Shown: positions 24,346-34,518 of the stretch, piece after piece
Layout: the number at the start of each line of letters is the position of its first letter
Numbering within the stretch: the first letter of the stretch is position 1
From: Rotaria socialis
Taxonomy: Eukaryota
NCBI GenBank assembly: GCA_905331295.1
Contig: CAJNYD010000012.1
Span: 744,001-778,518, forward strand
Length of the DNA: 34,518 bases
Reading direction: 5' to 3'
Translations under genes and position numbers: made by a program
Notes under the pieces: model-generated
What the model saw: only the letters and a program-made list of their open reading frames with translations
Database searches by the model: none
What the model was told of the DNA's origin: nothing

Positions 24346-26550
24346 ATATTAAGCATGCACTTTTACTAATTAATATTAGTCAAACAGTTACATATTGATA
24401 AAGGTAACTCTTTATGAAAATTATATTATTTGATTTAGATCTATTGAAAGTCACGAGATCATTTTAATTTATTTGGAAAAGAAAACTGTCTACATATTTT
24501 TCAGAAGATATTAGGATAAATAAATATATTCTTCGAATCGTTTATATGTAACAGTCAAAATATTATGGAGAGTATTTTAAAGTATCCTATATCTTTAATC
24601 TATTTGTTTAACATTAGAAGAAAAATACATTAACTTCTCTTGAATACTGTGGAATTATTTGTATACATTATATTTTCTAGTGTACTGAATTGTCCAATGG
24701 AATTAATAGCCAAAGATTTTAAACTGGATACTTCACTACTCGAAACAATAAATTGTTTAACAGAGCAATTAAATCCTTTCGAATTATCCATATTTTAGAA
24801 GGATCTTGATTAATTTATTTTTATTTATAATATGTAAGCGCATTCATGGGTCTCTGCAACTGTTTTTCAGTCATATATTTAAATTCTTTTTTTTTGAATA
24901 TTTAAATCAAGAAGGATTTATTTTATTCTGTATATTATTGTTGTAGAAACCCTTTAAAAACAAATATAGTCAACAATGTGTTGCTCACCTAAACTACAAT
25001 ACATAGTTTTGACGCTATAATATCGATAAATGATAGACTTGTTGAATGAGAAGGACGTAATATAATTAAACAAATATACATAAAAATTTTAAGTACAACA
25101 AACTAGATTTTTCTATGATCGTCCTCTAATATGCCAGTTGAAAAGTCTTTTTCGATAAAACCTATCCTAATAGTTGCTACGAACCATATCGAACAGATCT
25201 TACGATAAAACAATTTATTGCAATTGATTTTTCAATGCATATACTTATTCTTTGGACATCATAAAGATCAGTAAATTAATGAAGAGACAAAAAAACTAAG
25301 ATAGTAAGATTCAAAGTAACAGAAAAATAATTTACTTCTTAAAAACCATTCAAAAGAAATACTTTGTTTTAACAATAAGTTTTAATTAAGTAAAGATGGG
25401 ACAGTAAGAATAGAGATTTAGGCAACAAAATGGATGTCTTACCGTAGATTCTAAGAAAAGTAGTGGTCAATAGCTAGTATTCAATATGCTCAAATATTTC
25501 AACGTGTGCTCATCGATACTCAAACTCTATTATTTTCAATTATAAACATTGAAAGTAGATCAAATAATCTCTTCAATTTTCTAGTACTAGCCATGTCGCT
25601 AATGGACTTTGTAGGAGCACTATATAGTTAGAGATAAGAGAGACCGTTAAATCTAGTCTATCTGCCAGATAATAATCGTGATTGAAAATACTTAAAAATT
25701 TGAAAGATAGTATTCAAAAACTAGATCGTATTTTTCGAAAAAATCACACAAAAATTGGTAAGGGTATGAATAACCTTTATTTGACTGAAACCTATCTCAG
25801 TAGGCTACGATTAAAAAAGAAAAATATGTCATAAACGATCGTTTATAAAAAAAAATGAATTAAAAGGTAACATAAAACCTAACAAATAAAGATGCCCATC
25901 AGTATGATTTTGTATTACATGTTTGAAAAACTAACAGAATTTCATTACTATCGCCTCCAAAAATGTCACTCACTGAATACTGTGATCTTTGATGAACAAC
26001 AATTTCAACGAAAAACAATCAGAAAACAAGTCATTTTTATAATATAATCATATTTACCAGCACAATAAACACTCAATTCATTCAATGGAAATGTGATTGT
26101 TTTGCATGTTGATGTGCTAATCACAATCGAATTTTCAAGCTGAATAAATGAAAGAAATTGATTTTTTCGGCAGATGAAAGATAGATTACAACATATAAGA
26201 ATATTTCGAGAAAGTATTTATGTGATCCACGCACATAACAAAGCCTGAAAACTACTGCAACCAATCATAGACATAGTAATTTCATCGATTGAGAAGTTAT
26301 TTAATTTGGCTTGTTTATTTATCAAACATTAGTAGTAAGTGTGATGATGTTTACAATGAGTTTCCTTTTATCATGTACAACATGTTTATAATCGAGTTAA
26401 ACCTAATGTGACAGAAAAATCTTCTTTTTTTCATCAAATAATTGCTTTAAAAAAAAGAAAATTCAACTCTAAACTGGATGTCGGAAAATATTTGTAAAAG
26501 AATATATTTCTAATCTGTGTTATCATCAAGGGGAAACAGCAGACTTTTGG

Positions 26551-26606
26551 ACTTCAAGTTACTTTCAGCTACTTTCAGCTACTTTAAACTACTTTAAGCT
26601 ACTTCA
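26551..26606 (+). repeat. 10-bp tandem repeat (ACTTTCAGCT)n
   Basis: ACTTCAAGTT ACTTTCAGCT ACTTTCAGCT ACTTTAAACT ACTTTAAGCT ACTTCA. Confidence 0.8.
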
Positions 26607-26770
26607 TGTAGTTTACTTATCAATGAGCTTCTTTACCGACAAACACCCACACATCCACATCTTGTATAATGATATATGGATTATATGGATTGTAAAAGTT
26701 TATACAGTTGCAACTTTGAAAATTAACTCTTAGATTTAAATAAGCTTGGAGAAACTATTATCTTCTTTAG

Positions 26771-27178
26771 ACTGATTTGGAAGAGAGATGTATTGGTGAT
26801 ACAAGTTTACAAATTTGCATATTAACTTCGATTCAAACTGCAAGATCGAATGTGAATCTTCAGCAGATTCTTAAATGTAACCACGAAATTCAATTTGAAA
26901 CCTTATCATTCTCTTATTGACCAGGATATTTGTATATCTTCTGAACGGTTCTTCAAAAGTATTTATCTACAATGTGCGACAATGGCGAAAGATAGTGGCT
27001 ACTTCTAGTAGGATTCAGAAGTAAAAATGTTATGTATGCCTTAAGAATAGAACCAGCTATGAACTGGTTAAGGGAAATCACCTCTTCTCTACCGAACCAT
27101 AGATATACGGAATTGAAGATAGTTTTAAGCACTGCCAACACACTCACTCTACTAGTTTTTGTTAAGAACTATCAATAG
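26771..27178 (+). pseudogene. Possible decayed exon of unknown protein
   Basis: After an acceptor-like tctttAG, 136 codons contain only 3 internal stops (TDLEERCIGDTSLQICILTS...WLLLVGFRSKNVMYALRIEPAMNWLREI...). No family recognised. Confidence 0.3.
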
Positions 27179-27367
27179 AATCATACCATAGGCATATTAA
27201 GACAAAATCGGTGTGTCGGTGTTGTGCTGAACACCGATATCAGTGTAGGCGGTGGTCAGCGAAGGCCTGTCACTCAGTGGGTAGCAGTGCATCAGTATTT
27301 TCGGTGTCAGTTTAGATCGAGTGACAGTGTAGTCGGTGCAGTGTAGTCAGTTCTCAGTGCTCAGTAT

Positions 27368-28159
27368 TCGGCATGCACCTAACCCGGGTACAAACCGGGT
27401 AGTTCGGGTCAGTACTACCTGGGTTCGGTCGTACCCGGTATTCGGTCGTACCCGGGTTCGGTCATACCCGGTTTCGGTACTGGGATTCGAGGGTCTACTT
27501 ATTCGTATCCTTCGAAGCATAGAAATGAATAATAAATAGCACCTATGGATATATATATAGTAGGTGATAAAAGATGAATTCATGTCAAAGATCCTCTACC
27601 TTGCTCAACCTATCATAGTTAATCTCATTTATCAGGAAAGTATACAGTTAAATGAGCTTCTCTTAATATTTATCTTGGACTCAACTACAAGAAATCGTAG
27701 AATGGTTCTCCTTAATAAGTTTTCCGGAAATACAGATGTATGATTTTTTTCCATCGGTCTACTAACAATATCAATACTAATAATGCTAATATCGATATAA
27801 AAAAAATACTAAACTGTATTGGTATTGGTAGTATTCAAATCCTCACAATCCTACTTAGACTATCAGAAGAATCATTTCAATAAGGAGAACCATTCGACAA
27901 TTTCCTGTAGCTGAGTCCTAGAGAAATATACATAAAAGCTCATTTAATTGTATACATTCCTGAAAAATAAGATTATCTATGCGAGATTCAGGAAAAGACC
28001 ATAAACCTTTGAAATAAAATCATTTATTATTATCGATCTATAGGTACTGTTTGTTATTCATTTCTATGCTTCGAAGGATACGAATAAGTAGACCCTCGAA
28101 TTCCAGTACCCAATCTGGGTATGATGAAACCCGGGTAGTTCGGGTTCAGTGCATGCCTA
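27368..28159. mobile_element. hAT-type foldback element (~790 bp), almost entirely palindromic
   Basis: Termini TCGGCATGCAC / GTGCATGCCTA; TSD CTCAGTAT / CTGAGTAT; ACCCGG/TTCGG subterminal repeats. Inner arms ~27476-27760 and ~27850-28110 are inverted copies. It is inserted into a CAGTG/TCGGTG-rich older repeat (~27189-28211). Confidence 0.82.
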
Positions 28160-28465
28160 CTGAGTATATCGGTGACTTCAGTCAACAGTAAACTGAAACT
28201 GTACCTCCCTAACAATAGATATACCGTTAATACATGTTGTCGATACTAAATCATAGAGTAGTAATAGTTAGATTAATTACAAGTAGTTTAAATTAAGCTA
28301 TCTAAAGTGTTATCAAACGTAAACCCTCTCTCTATATTTACTATTCTGAAAGGGTGAACAAATTTTTATTTTCCAAAACAAAGCATACATGGAAAGAGAA
28401 ATAATAATGAGCAGTAGCTAATTATATTCTACAATGATAATTTTTCATCTATGCCTAGACCATAT

Positions 28466-29958
28466 AAGTGTTGCCTGTAAAAGAAACCCGAGTTCTTTTT
28501 TTTGAAAAGATCTCATATTCTGAGAGCAGACACTTTGAAAAACTCAAGCGATGTACTCGATGATCATATTTTCTTATATGGGTAAATCCATGGAGACCCA
28601 TCCGCTTTTCTGGAAAGTTTTTTTTTTCGATTTTTTCAGTCGAAACTTCCGGTATGCTGTAGAAAACACTTTTAATGAAAACAAATAATATGACCCTGCT
28701 AGCGGAGTATATCGAGTTCTGGTTGATTTTTTCGGAACGACTATGGTATATTGTCAGACAAAGGGAAAACGTCAGCAAAAAACCTGAAACTTTTCTAAAA
28801 TATCTTTTTCAGAAGTTTTTTATGCTGAACAATATGCAAGCTGTTTAAAAACACTTTAGATGAAAAAAATAGACCATTCCTATTGAGACTCCTGAGTTCT
28901 GAGTCATTTCTTCTGAAAATAACGATAACTGTCGTTTGTCATGCTGAGTGGCACTAATTTATTTGAAGGATTTCCATTAGACTAGTGATAAAGATAATGA
29001 TGTTCAGGATAATATATCGCTGTTACAATAGATGACCTCAGGTGCTTGATGACATCGAATTTACCCCAAACCATCAGCTTGAGACTGAAAGAATCTGGCA
29101 TAGTAGGAAACTAAGAAAAATTTCCGATGTGTTGAAGAGCTGAATATCAATGCTAACTTTCATTCCACAAAATCTGATACATTGAAATCGACATTATAAA
29201 TCAATTATTTAAATGTAAATGTCCTGATGTGGGTGCGGGTGTTGCTATTCTAACTGCTTCAACCACACCCACACCCATCTTCACTGGGACTCTCATTATC
29301 GCCGAATTCCATTGATAAACGAGTCATCATTTCCTTCCATTCAAATGCATGACATCTTGGACATAACCAGCATATTAGGTCGTCAGCCGCATCATATCGA
29401 GAAATCAAAAATATCGATAGATGTGGTGATACATGTACTACTTCTTTGGGTATACGACTAGAGTTTGCATGTTTTGTCGGATGTTCACAATACTTTCGTT
29501 TGGGCATTGAGATACCTTTTTGTAAAGAAATCAGAAAAAGCAGTAGCTGGTAATCGACCCTTTCCCATATCCAATGACTCATCTCGTAATCTTATTCGAC
29601 CGAAGTCACGATATTTGTACATAAGACTGCATTTAAAGATGTCCTTACAACGAGATCGAAAATTTATCATTCGGTAGTCTGTTGTTTCTTTTGATTCTGA
29701 GGTCTCACTTCTGTGAGACGATCTGATGTCGTTTCTCTTGAGTTACGTGGGTGAAGTCATTAGTTCGACGCCGTCCTAAGAGCAAACCATGATCAAGGTT
29801 GTTTCTTTGAGAAAGGAACAAAAATCCTTCAAATAAATTAGTGCCACTCAGCATGACAAACGACAGTTATCGTTATTTTCAGAAGAAATGACTCAGAACT
29901 CAGGAGTCTCAATAGGAATGGTCTATTTTTTTCATCTAAAGTGTTTTTAAACAGCTTG
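28466..29958 (-). mobile_element. Internally deleted long-TIR DNA transposon (Sola2-like) retaining a putative transposase N-terminus
   Basis: Perfect 137-bp inverted repeat at 28837-28973 / 29822-29958. Between the arms, a minus-strand ORF remnant reads MPKRKYCEHPTKHA...WLCPRCHAFE... (Cys/His finger-like, then acidic). The left arm appears to continue outward to about 28466 (boundary approximate), while the right arm is cut at 29958. Confidence 0.7.
29228..29277. repeat. Head-to-head telomere-like repeats TGTGGG...CCCACA
   Basis: TGTGGGTGCGGGTGT (29228-29242), a 20-nt spacer, then CCACACCCACACCCA (29263-29277). Confidence 0.6.
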
Positions 29959-30012
29959 AGGGTGTGGGTGGGTGTGTGTGGGTGTGTGGGTGTGTGGGTG
30001 TGGGTGTGGGGG
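29957..30012 (+). repeat. Interstitial telomere-like tract (TGTGGG variants)
   Basis: TGAGGG TGTGGG TGGG TGTGTGTGGG TGTGTGGG TGTGTGGG TGTGGG TGTGGG. TGTGGG and TGAGGG are the telomeric repeats reported for the bdelloids Adineta vaga and Philodina roseola. Confidence 0.75.
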
Positions 30013-32273
30013 ATGCGCATCTCTAAAGGAGATCTTACACCTCCAGTGGTGAATGATCGCATCTCCCGAATATGTATGTCGCGTCTCCAGCAGGAGACGC
30101 GGCATCTCCTGTGGGAGATGTGGTAACATCTCCAAAATGTTGGATATATGACACCACTCGCGGTTGTCAATGATTTCCAGTCATTTCCGATAGTTTTCAA
30201 TTTGTTAAAAAATCAATAAGAATCACCGAAAATCACTGAAAATTACGAAAATCAAAATATTCTCCCGCCCCCCGCCTTGCTGAAACTTCTTTCAGTAGAA
30301 GCTGTTAATACACTACACACATACACATAGACGAGTGAGGAAAAAAAGGGAAAATGACACTTTGTCTCGCCTCTTTTTTCCGATCTCCTGACATGAAAAA
30401 AAAAGACATGGTATTCGGAATCAATTCTGACAATAGCTTTTTCATAGGATATAAACATTGAAAAGGCTATTTTCAGAATTGATGCCAAACTCCATGTAAA
30501 TTTTTCTCTTTATGAACATCAAAATTTGGCTGGAGATCGTAATCAGAATGTCCGGATGTTCGTAATGACAAAGGCATGAACAACTTAATAAAAAAACGAC
30601 ACGATTTTCGCAAGTATGTTCAGGTTTTGTTTCCCTCTGTGAAAATATGAAGTGATGCGCTATAGTCGCAAACTAAAATCACATATAGTCAACGTTTTGG
30701 CGGTTTCAAGCAACTACGATTGCACTTCTGTTTACTACAATAACTCTAATATTAGTTATTATTCTCCTTATTCCTTCAATACTTTCTGTTACAAGATATT
30801 AGCTTTATTGAAAGAAAATAAATGCATATATATTCATGACACTAATGTTAATGTACATCCTCATTCTATTTATTCTTCGATGAATGTACACGTTTTTTGA
30901 ACCTGGCTATTTGTTTATTTTTTGATGTTGAAGCATTGAGGTCAGATTGAGATGATCATGTGCAAGATGAAGACGAAGCAGCAGCGGTAGTATGGTCGTT
31001 GGGCCTAACTCTAAGACGATTCAATATTAGAGTTGAAGGTAAATAAGATTTAGGAGCAGCTTGCTCAGTTGTTGCCTTCGACAACTGTTGGTTTTTAATC
31101 AATTTATACCCTTAGAAACAACCTCTCAGACTATAGCACAAGGAGTATATGTAGAAAAAGAATAATTGCCTACTTATATAATCATGGATGTAATAAAAAA
31201 TGCAGTCTATTATTGTCAATAAGACCAGAAAGTCTTTATATCAATTACAATATCCTTTTAATTTTTTTTACGAACTCCACGTTTAAGTACCGTTAGAATT
31301 TCCTTCCGAACTACCGACGGTGTTTATTACTATCTCCAGCTCCAGGTGTTACACTAAATATAGCAAAAATACTCTATTCCGAACATCCGGTAAACACATT
31401 ACGATCTTCCTGCTGTCTATTACGATCTTCGGCACATAGATGTTTACGAACTCTCGTCATAAATTTTTACGAATAAATTCATTTCCGAACACCCGGTAAC
31501 ATTAACTGGTGTTCGGAAGAGGTGAGACGAAACGTAAGTCACCCAAAAAAACATGCAGAAGTTAAAATGAAAGAAGCGACTCTTTTCTTCTTCTTTGCTG
31601 AATTCTTCGCAGAAAGAACAAACAAAGAATGTATGTGAGATTCAGATGGAAGGAAAAAATGCAGCAACTATCTAATTCAAAAATAAATAAACAACTCGGA
31701 AAAAATAAAATTACAAAGAGCAACTCTCCAAATGAACTGGGCAGTTGCCAATTTGCCTCTACCCTGGTTACGCCGCTGGCTGCATATGAGGATGAGCTTG
31801 GGTGTACATTCTGTAGAATTATCGACTTATGCTACTTTTGATAAGTTCACTGTGCATAATAAGTCCATGTTTTTGAACAAAAACTACAAATAAGGAAGAA
31901 CCTTTTAATAATGGGCATTGCAGTTAAAATAAGACATGAATATAATCAACAAAACCATATGGTTGATTGGATAAACAGTGATACAGTGTGGATTATGACA
32001 ATCGTGGTTTTGATATAATTTTCTAAGGTTGACGCTGATTGACAAGATTTTGATGCCTGAAAATTAGCGTCCGGTTTTCCTTACGGTAGATTAGTTAACT
32101 TTTAATACTTCTCATGTAGTTTATATCAGATAAGTATCAGTTAAAGTTTATTGAGTATTTCATTCATTGTGGTCATAGAGCACGCTATCAATATCGGCAT
32201 TAAATTGAAAGATTTACATATATATCCTTTTAGAGTTTGCCTGTCTTGTTCATTTTAATATTTTGATAATATA

Positions 32274-33159
32274 CCCAGGTCGAGCAGTCTGACCTGGAAA
32301 CGGACGGTTCCGGATAGTTCCGCTGATTTTGTGGAACCAGTATTCCGGTTGGAAAATTTTCGGATATTTTCCGGTGATTTTCTATTAGTTCCTGTCGGTA
32401 AGCACCGGAACTTGGCAAGAAATTAGGAGTATCAATTTACAGTTTATTTAATTTAAATTTAACTTCGTGAAAAGTTAATTTAATTTTAAATTAAATTAAA
32501 ATTCTGAAAATTTAATTTTTGAAAATTTATTTCTCGATTTAATGAATTTTTTAAAATTTTGAATTTAATAAATTGTTTGGGTGGATACACATCACTGCTA
32601 CGAGAAAAATACGTGACTTTAATAGTAGTAAATACTAAATGAGAGGAAGACCTAGTATTTTAGGTTAATATTTGTTCATAATAGTCAAAATGTCTCTACA
32701 GATTATGCAGGATCCGTCATCTTTCTTCTTCAAAATACTGGGATACTAATAAAAATATATTTGATAGCAAATTTCGTAGAAAAATGACTAGCGTTAACTC
32801 TAGAAAACAGGAAACATACTCAAATTTGACTTTAAATAGTAGCAATCAAGTCAAAAACTATGTTTATCTACTAGTTTTCAAAGTTCAACTAATTTGAATT
32901 TCAAAAAATTTAATTTAAATTTAAATAATACAAAATTTAAAATTTAATTGAACTTGAATTACTTGAATTTAAATTTATTTTTAATTTAAATGTGACACCC
33001 CTAGCAGGAATCTGCCGGAAAAGTCCGACCGTATTTTTGACTGGAATACTGCTTCCATATTCCAGCGATTTCCCGTGTTTTCCTGCAGGATATGGCGACT
33101 TTTCCACATATTTCCTGGAGTATCCTACAGGATCCGGTGGCCGGAATGTTCGACCTGGG
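32274..33159. mobile_element. CMC/EnSpm-like MITE interrupted by a nested hAT MITE
   Basis: TIRs CCCAGGTCGAGCAGTCTGACC / GGCCGGAATGTTCGACCTGGG; flanks TA/CA; TTCCGG subterminal repeats. It is split at 32424-33003. Confidence 0.8.
32424..33003. mobile_element. hAT-type MITE, copy 2 (inverted relative to 23746-24345)
   Basis: TAGGAGTATCAATTT / AAATGTGACACCCCTA; degenerate TSD GCAAGAAAT / GCAGGAAT. The interior (for example AGTAGCAATCAAGTCAAAAACTATGTTTATCTACTAGTTTTCAAA) is the reverse complement of copy 1. Confidence 0.88.
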
Positions 33160-34074
33160 CATTGAGAAGAATTACATTATATTTAAATGAAATAGATGAA
33201 CAATTTGCTATGCTTACATCTCAATACTAAGTGAAGATTTATGTTTCTTAACGTGAGTTCAGTTCTTTATTAACATAAGAACACAATCAGAACGAATAGA
33301 GAGAAAGACAAAGACGAAAGACAAGACTACTGACAGCAGAAATATATATATATATATAGGATAGTATCACGTATTATCAAATACGCAACAGAAAATATTA
33401 CTGCGCAATACGACGAATAGATTAAGGTCGCTATCCATACAATTTGACCCAGAGAGAGAGATAGAAACGAATGTAGAGTAGATAGAATAAAGGAAACGAA
33501 AGAAAGAACGAAACACACAAAACACAAGGAAAGGAAAAACAACTCACACGCATACATATAATGCTAAGGAAAAGCACACAATCTACACTAAGAAGTTGCA
33601 CATAATTTGATGTATGTTACAGTAGTATCTCAATAAAGCAACAGTTCTAGATGAATGATTTTTAAACACGTAGAAATTGTTGATTTTCTTAATTTGTTTC
33701 AGTTTGATGCGCATTTAAGTGCTGTTCACGACAAAATTCAAGGCCAATAATCATTATCTTGAAAATTCATCATAACATCTACAATAAACAACGTTTCATT
33801 TTTATAACTTGAAAGAGGAGAAATCTGAATGCCTTTTTGTTTGATAATATATATATATATGTGATAAAACGATATTAAAATCCATCATCTGTATAAAAAA
33901 AATAGATTAACAAAGCCGGACTAGTGAAGCATTTTGTTGAAAGAAATTGTTTTTGATAACATGTCTGAAAGATTTCTGAAATCAATAGAATTCTATATAT
34001 TTTGATCAAATATGCATATGCAGTTTTTGTTCTCGGCATGAATATATTAGAAGATAATCAATTGAATATCATCT

Positions 34075-34355
34075 TTAAACTACATATACGTATGAAGTTC
34101 CTCCATTTAGATACATGTCAAAATCACGCTGCCATGGAAATAGAACATTATTTTTTCGAACTAGTTAGAATATTTTATGAGGATGATGTATTACACAATA
34201 TATTCTTGCATCGTGCACTATATAAGAAGATGATTGGATTTCTCTTTCGATTAAAACAAAGTATAGGTCACTGTCTGTTGCAAACGTCGAGTAATCAGGA
34301 TTGTACCATTTCTTCTGTATTTCTACCGCAGATATTCTTTAGAAAAAATATGAAC
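34075..34355 (-). pseudogene. Possible terminal exon of a minus-strand gene with two premature TAA stops
   Basis: Acceptor ttttcaacgtAG|GT, then SYFF*RISAVEIQKKWYNPDYSTFATDSDLYFVLIEREIQSSSYIVHDARIYCVIHHPHKIF*LVRKNNVLFPWQRDFDMYLNGGTSYVYVV*. Composition is protein-like; no family recognised. Confidence 0.4.
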
Positions 34356-34380
34356 CTACGTTGAAAATGATAGAATCCTA

Positions 34381-34518
34381 CACTGAAAAAAAAAGGTTCC
34401 ATGCGGAACTTAAAAGGTTTCGTGGTGCTTTACTATACTTCAAAAGGTTTCGATCGGAAACACAAAACCTTGTAGTAGTTCAGTTCCATCAGAGGTTTCG
34501 CAAAAAACCTTTTCAAGG
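34381..34518. mobile_element. Left end of a CACTA/EnSpm-like element, truncated by the window edge
   Basis: Starts CACTGAAAAAAAAAGGTTCC, with repeated AAAGGTTTCG / AAAACCTT subterminal motifs in both orientations. Confidence 0.6.

Noticed and set aside
26551..26606. Tandem repeat or the 27.4-kb repeats as a CRISPR-like array
   Set aside because: No unique spacers, eukaryotic context; these are simple or subterminal repeats.
26644..26659. CACCCACACATCCACA as another telomeric scar
   Set aside because: Too short and degenerate, with no demonstrable breakpoint.
29716..29765. Hammerhead-ribozyme-like string on the minus strand (CTAATGA...GAAACGA...TCGTC)
   Set aside because: The core is CTAATGA rather than CTGATGA, and stems I and II do not pair convincingly; probably chance.
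30011..30300. Terminon/Athena 3' hammerhead next to the telomere-like tract
   Set aside because: No CTGANGA...GAAA core was found and there is no RT ORF in the window.
30870..31110. Minus-strand Ser/Ala-rich frame (YKLIKNQQLSKATTEQ...)
   Set aside because: Contains an internal stop, is low complexity and has no recognisable family; it may be a decayed TE or gene tail but cannot be supported.
31290..31522. TTCCGAACA-CCGGTAA repeats as a MITE
   Set aside because: Looks like TE subterminal repeats, but clean TIRs and a TSD could not be defined.
34002..34364. 120-aa + strand ORF
   Set aside because: Non-ATG start and no motif; better explained as the antisense shadow of the minus-strand exon-like frame.

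Overview
AT-rich eukaryotic genomic DNA with two assembly gaps (N 3250-3312 and one N at 23249). Short GT-AG introns (mostly 53-76 bp), TGTGGG-type repeats and the repeat families suggest a bdelloid rotifer; this is an inference. Three intact + strand genes were reconstructed by hand. (1) A 2-exon, ~187-aa two-TM protein with a Cys-rich loop and BK-beta/DUF3592-like topology (211-2250). (2) A single-coding-exon Fringe-family GT31 glycosyltransferase (8383-9495). (3) A 9-exon, ~1377-aa B-type muscarinic acetylcholine receptor with a ~1000-aa third intracellular loop (16580-21636), preceded by ~7 kb of microsatellite-rich non-coding DNA with no transposon I could recognise. The flanks (3.3-6.4 kb and 22.8-34.5 kb) are dense in non-autonomous DNA transposons: hAT MITEs with 8-bp TSDs, a hAT transposase relic, CACTA/CMC-like elements, long-TIR Sola-like elements and a Helitron-like 3' end, some nested. 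The most unusual feature is a deleted long-TIR element (28.5-30.0 kb) whose breakpoints carry telomere-like TGTGGG tracts, including a head-to-head TGTGGG/CCCACA junction. This is consistent with telomerase action at double-strand breaks followed by re-joining.
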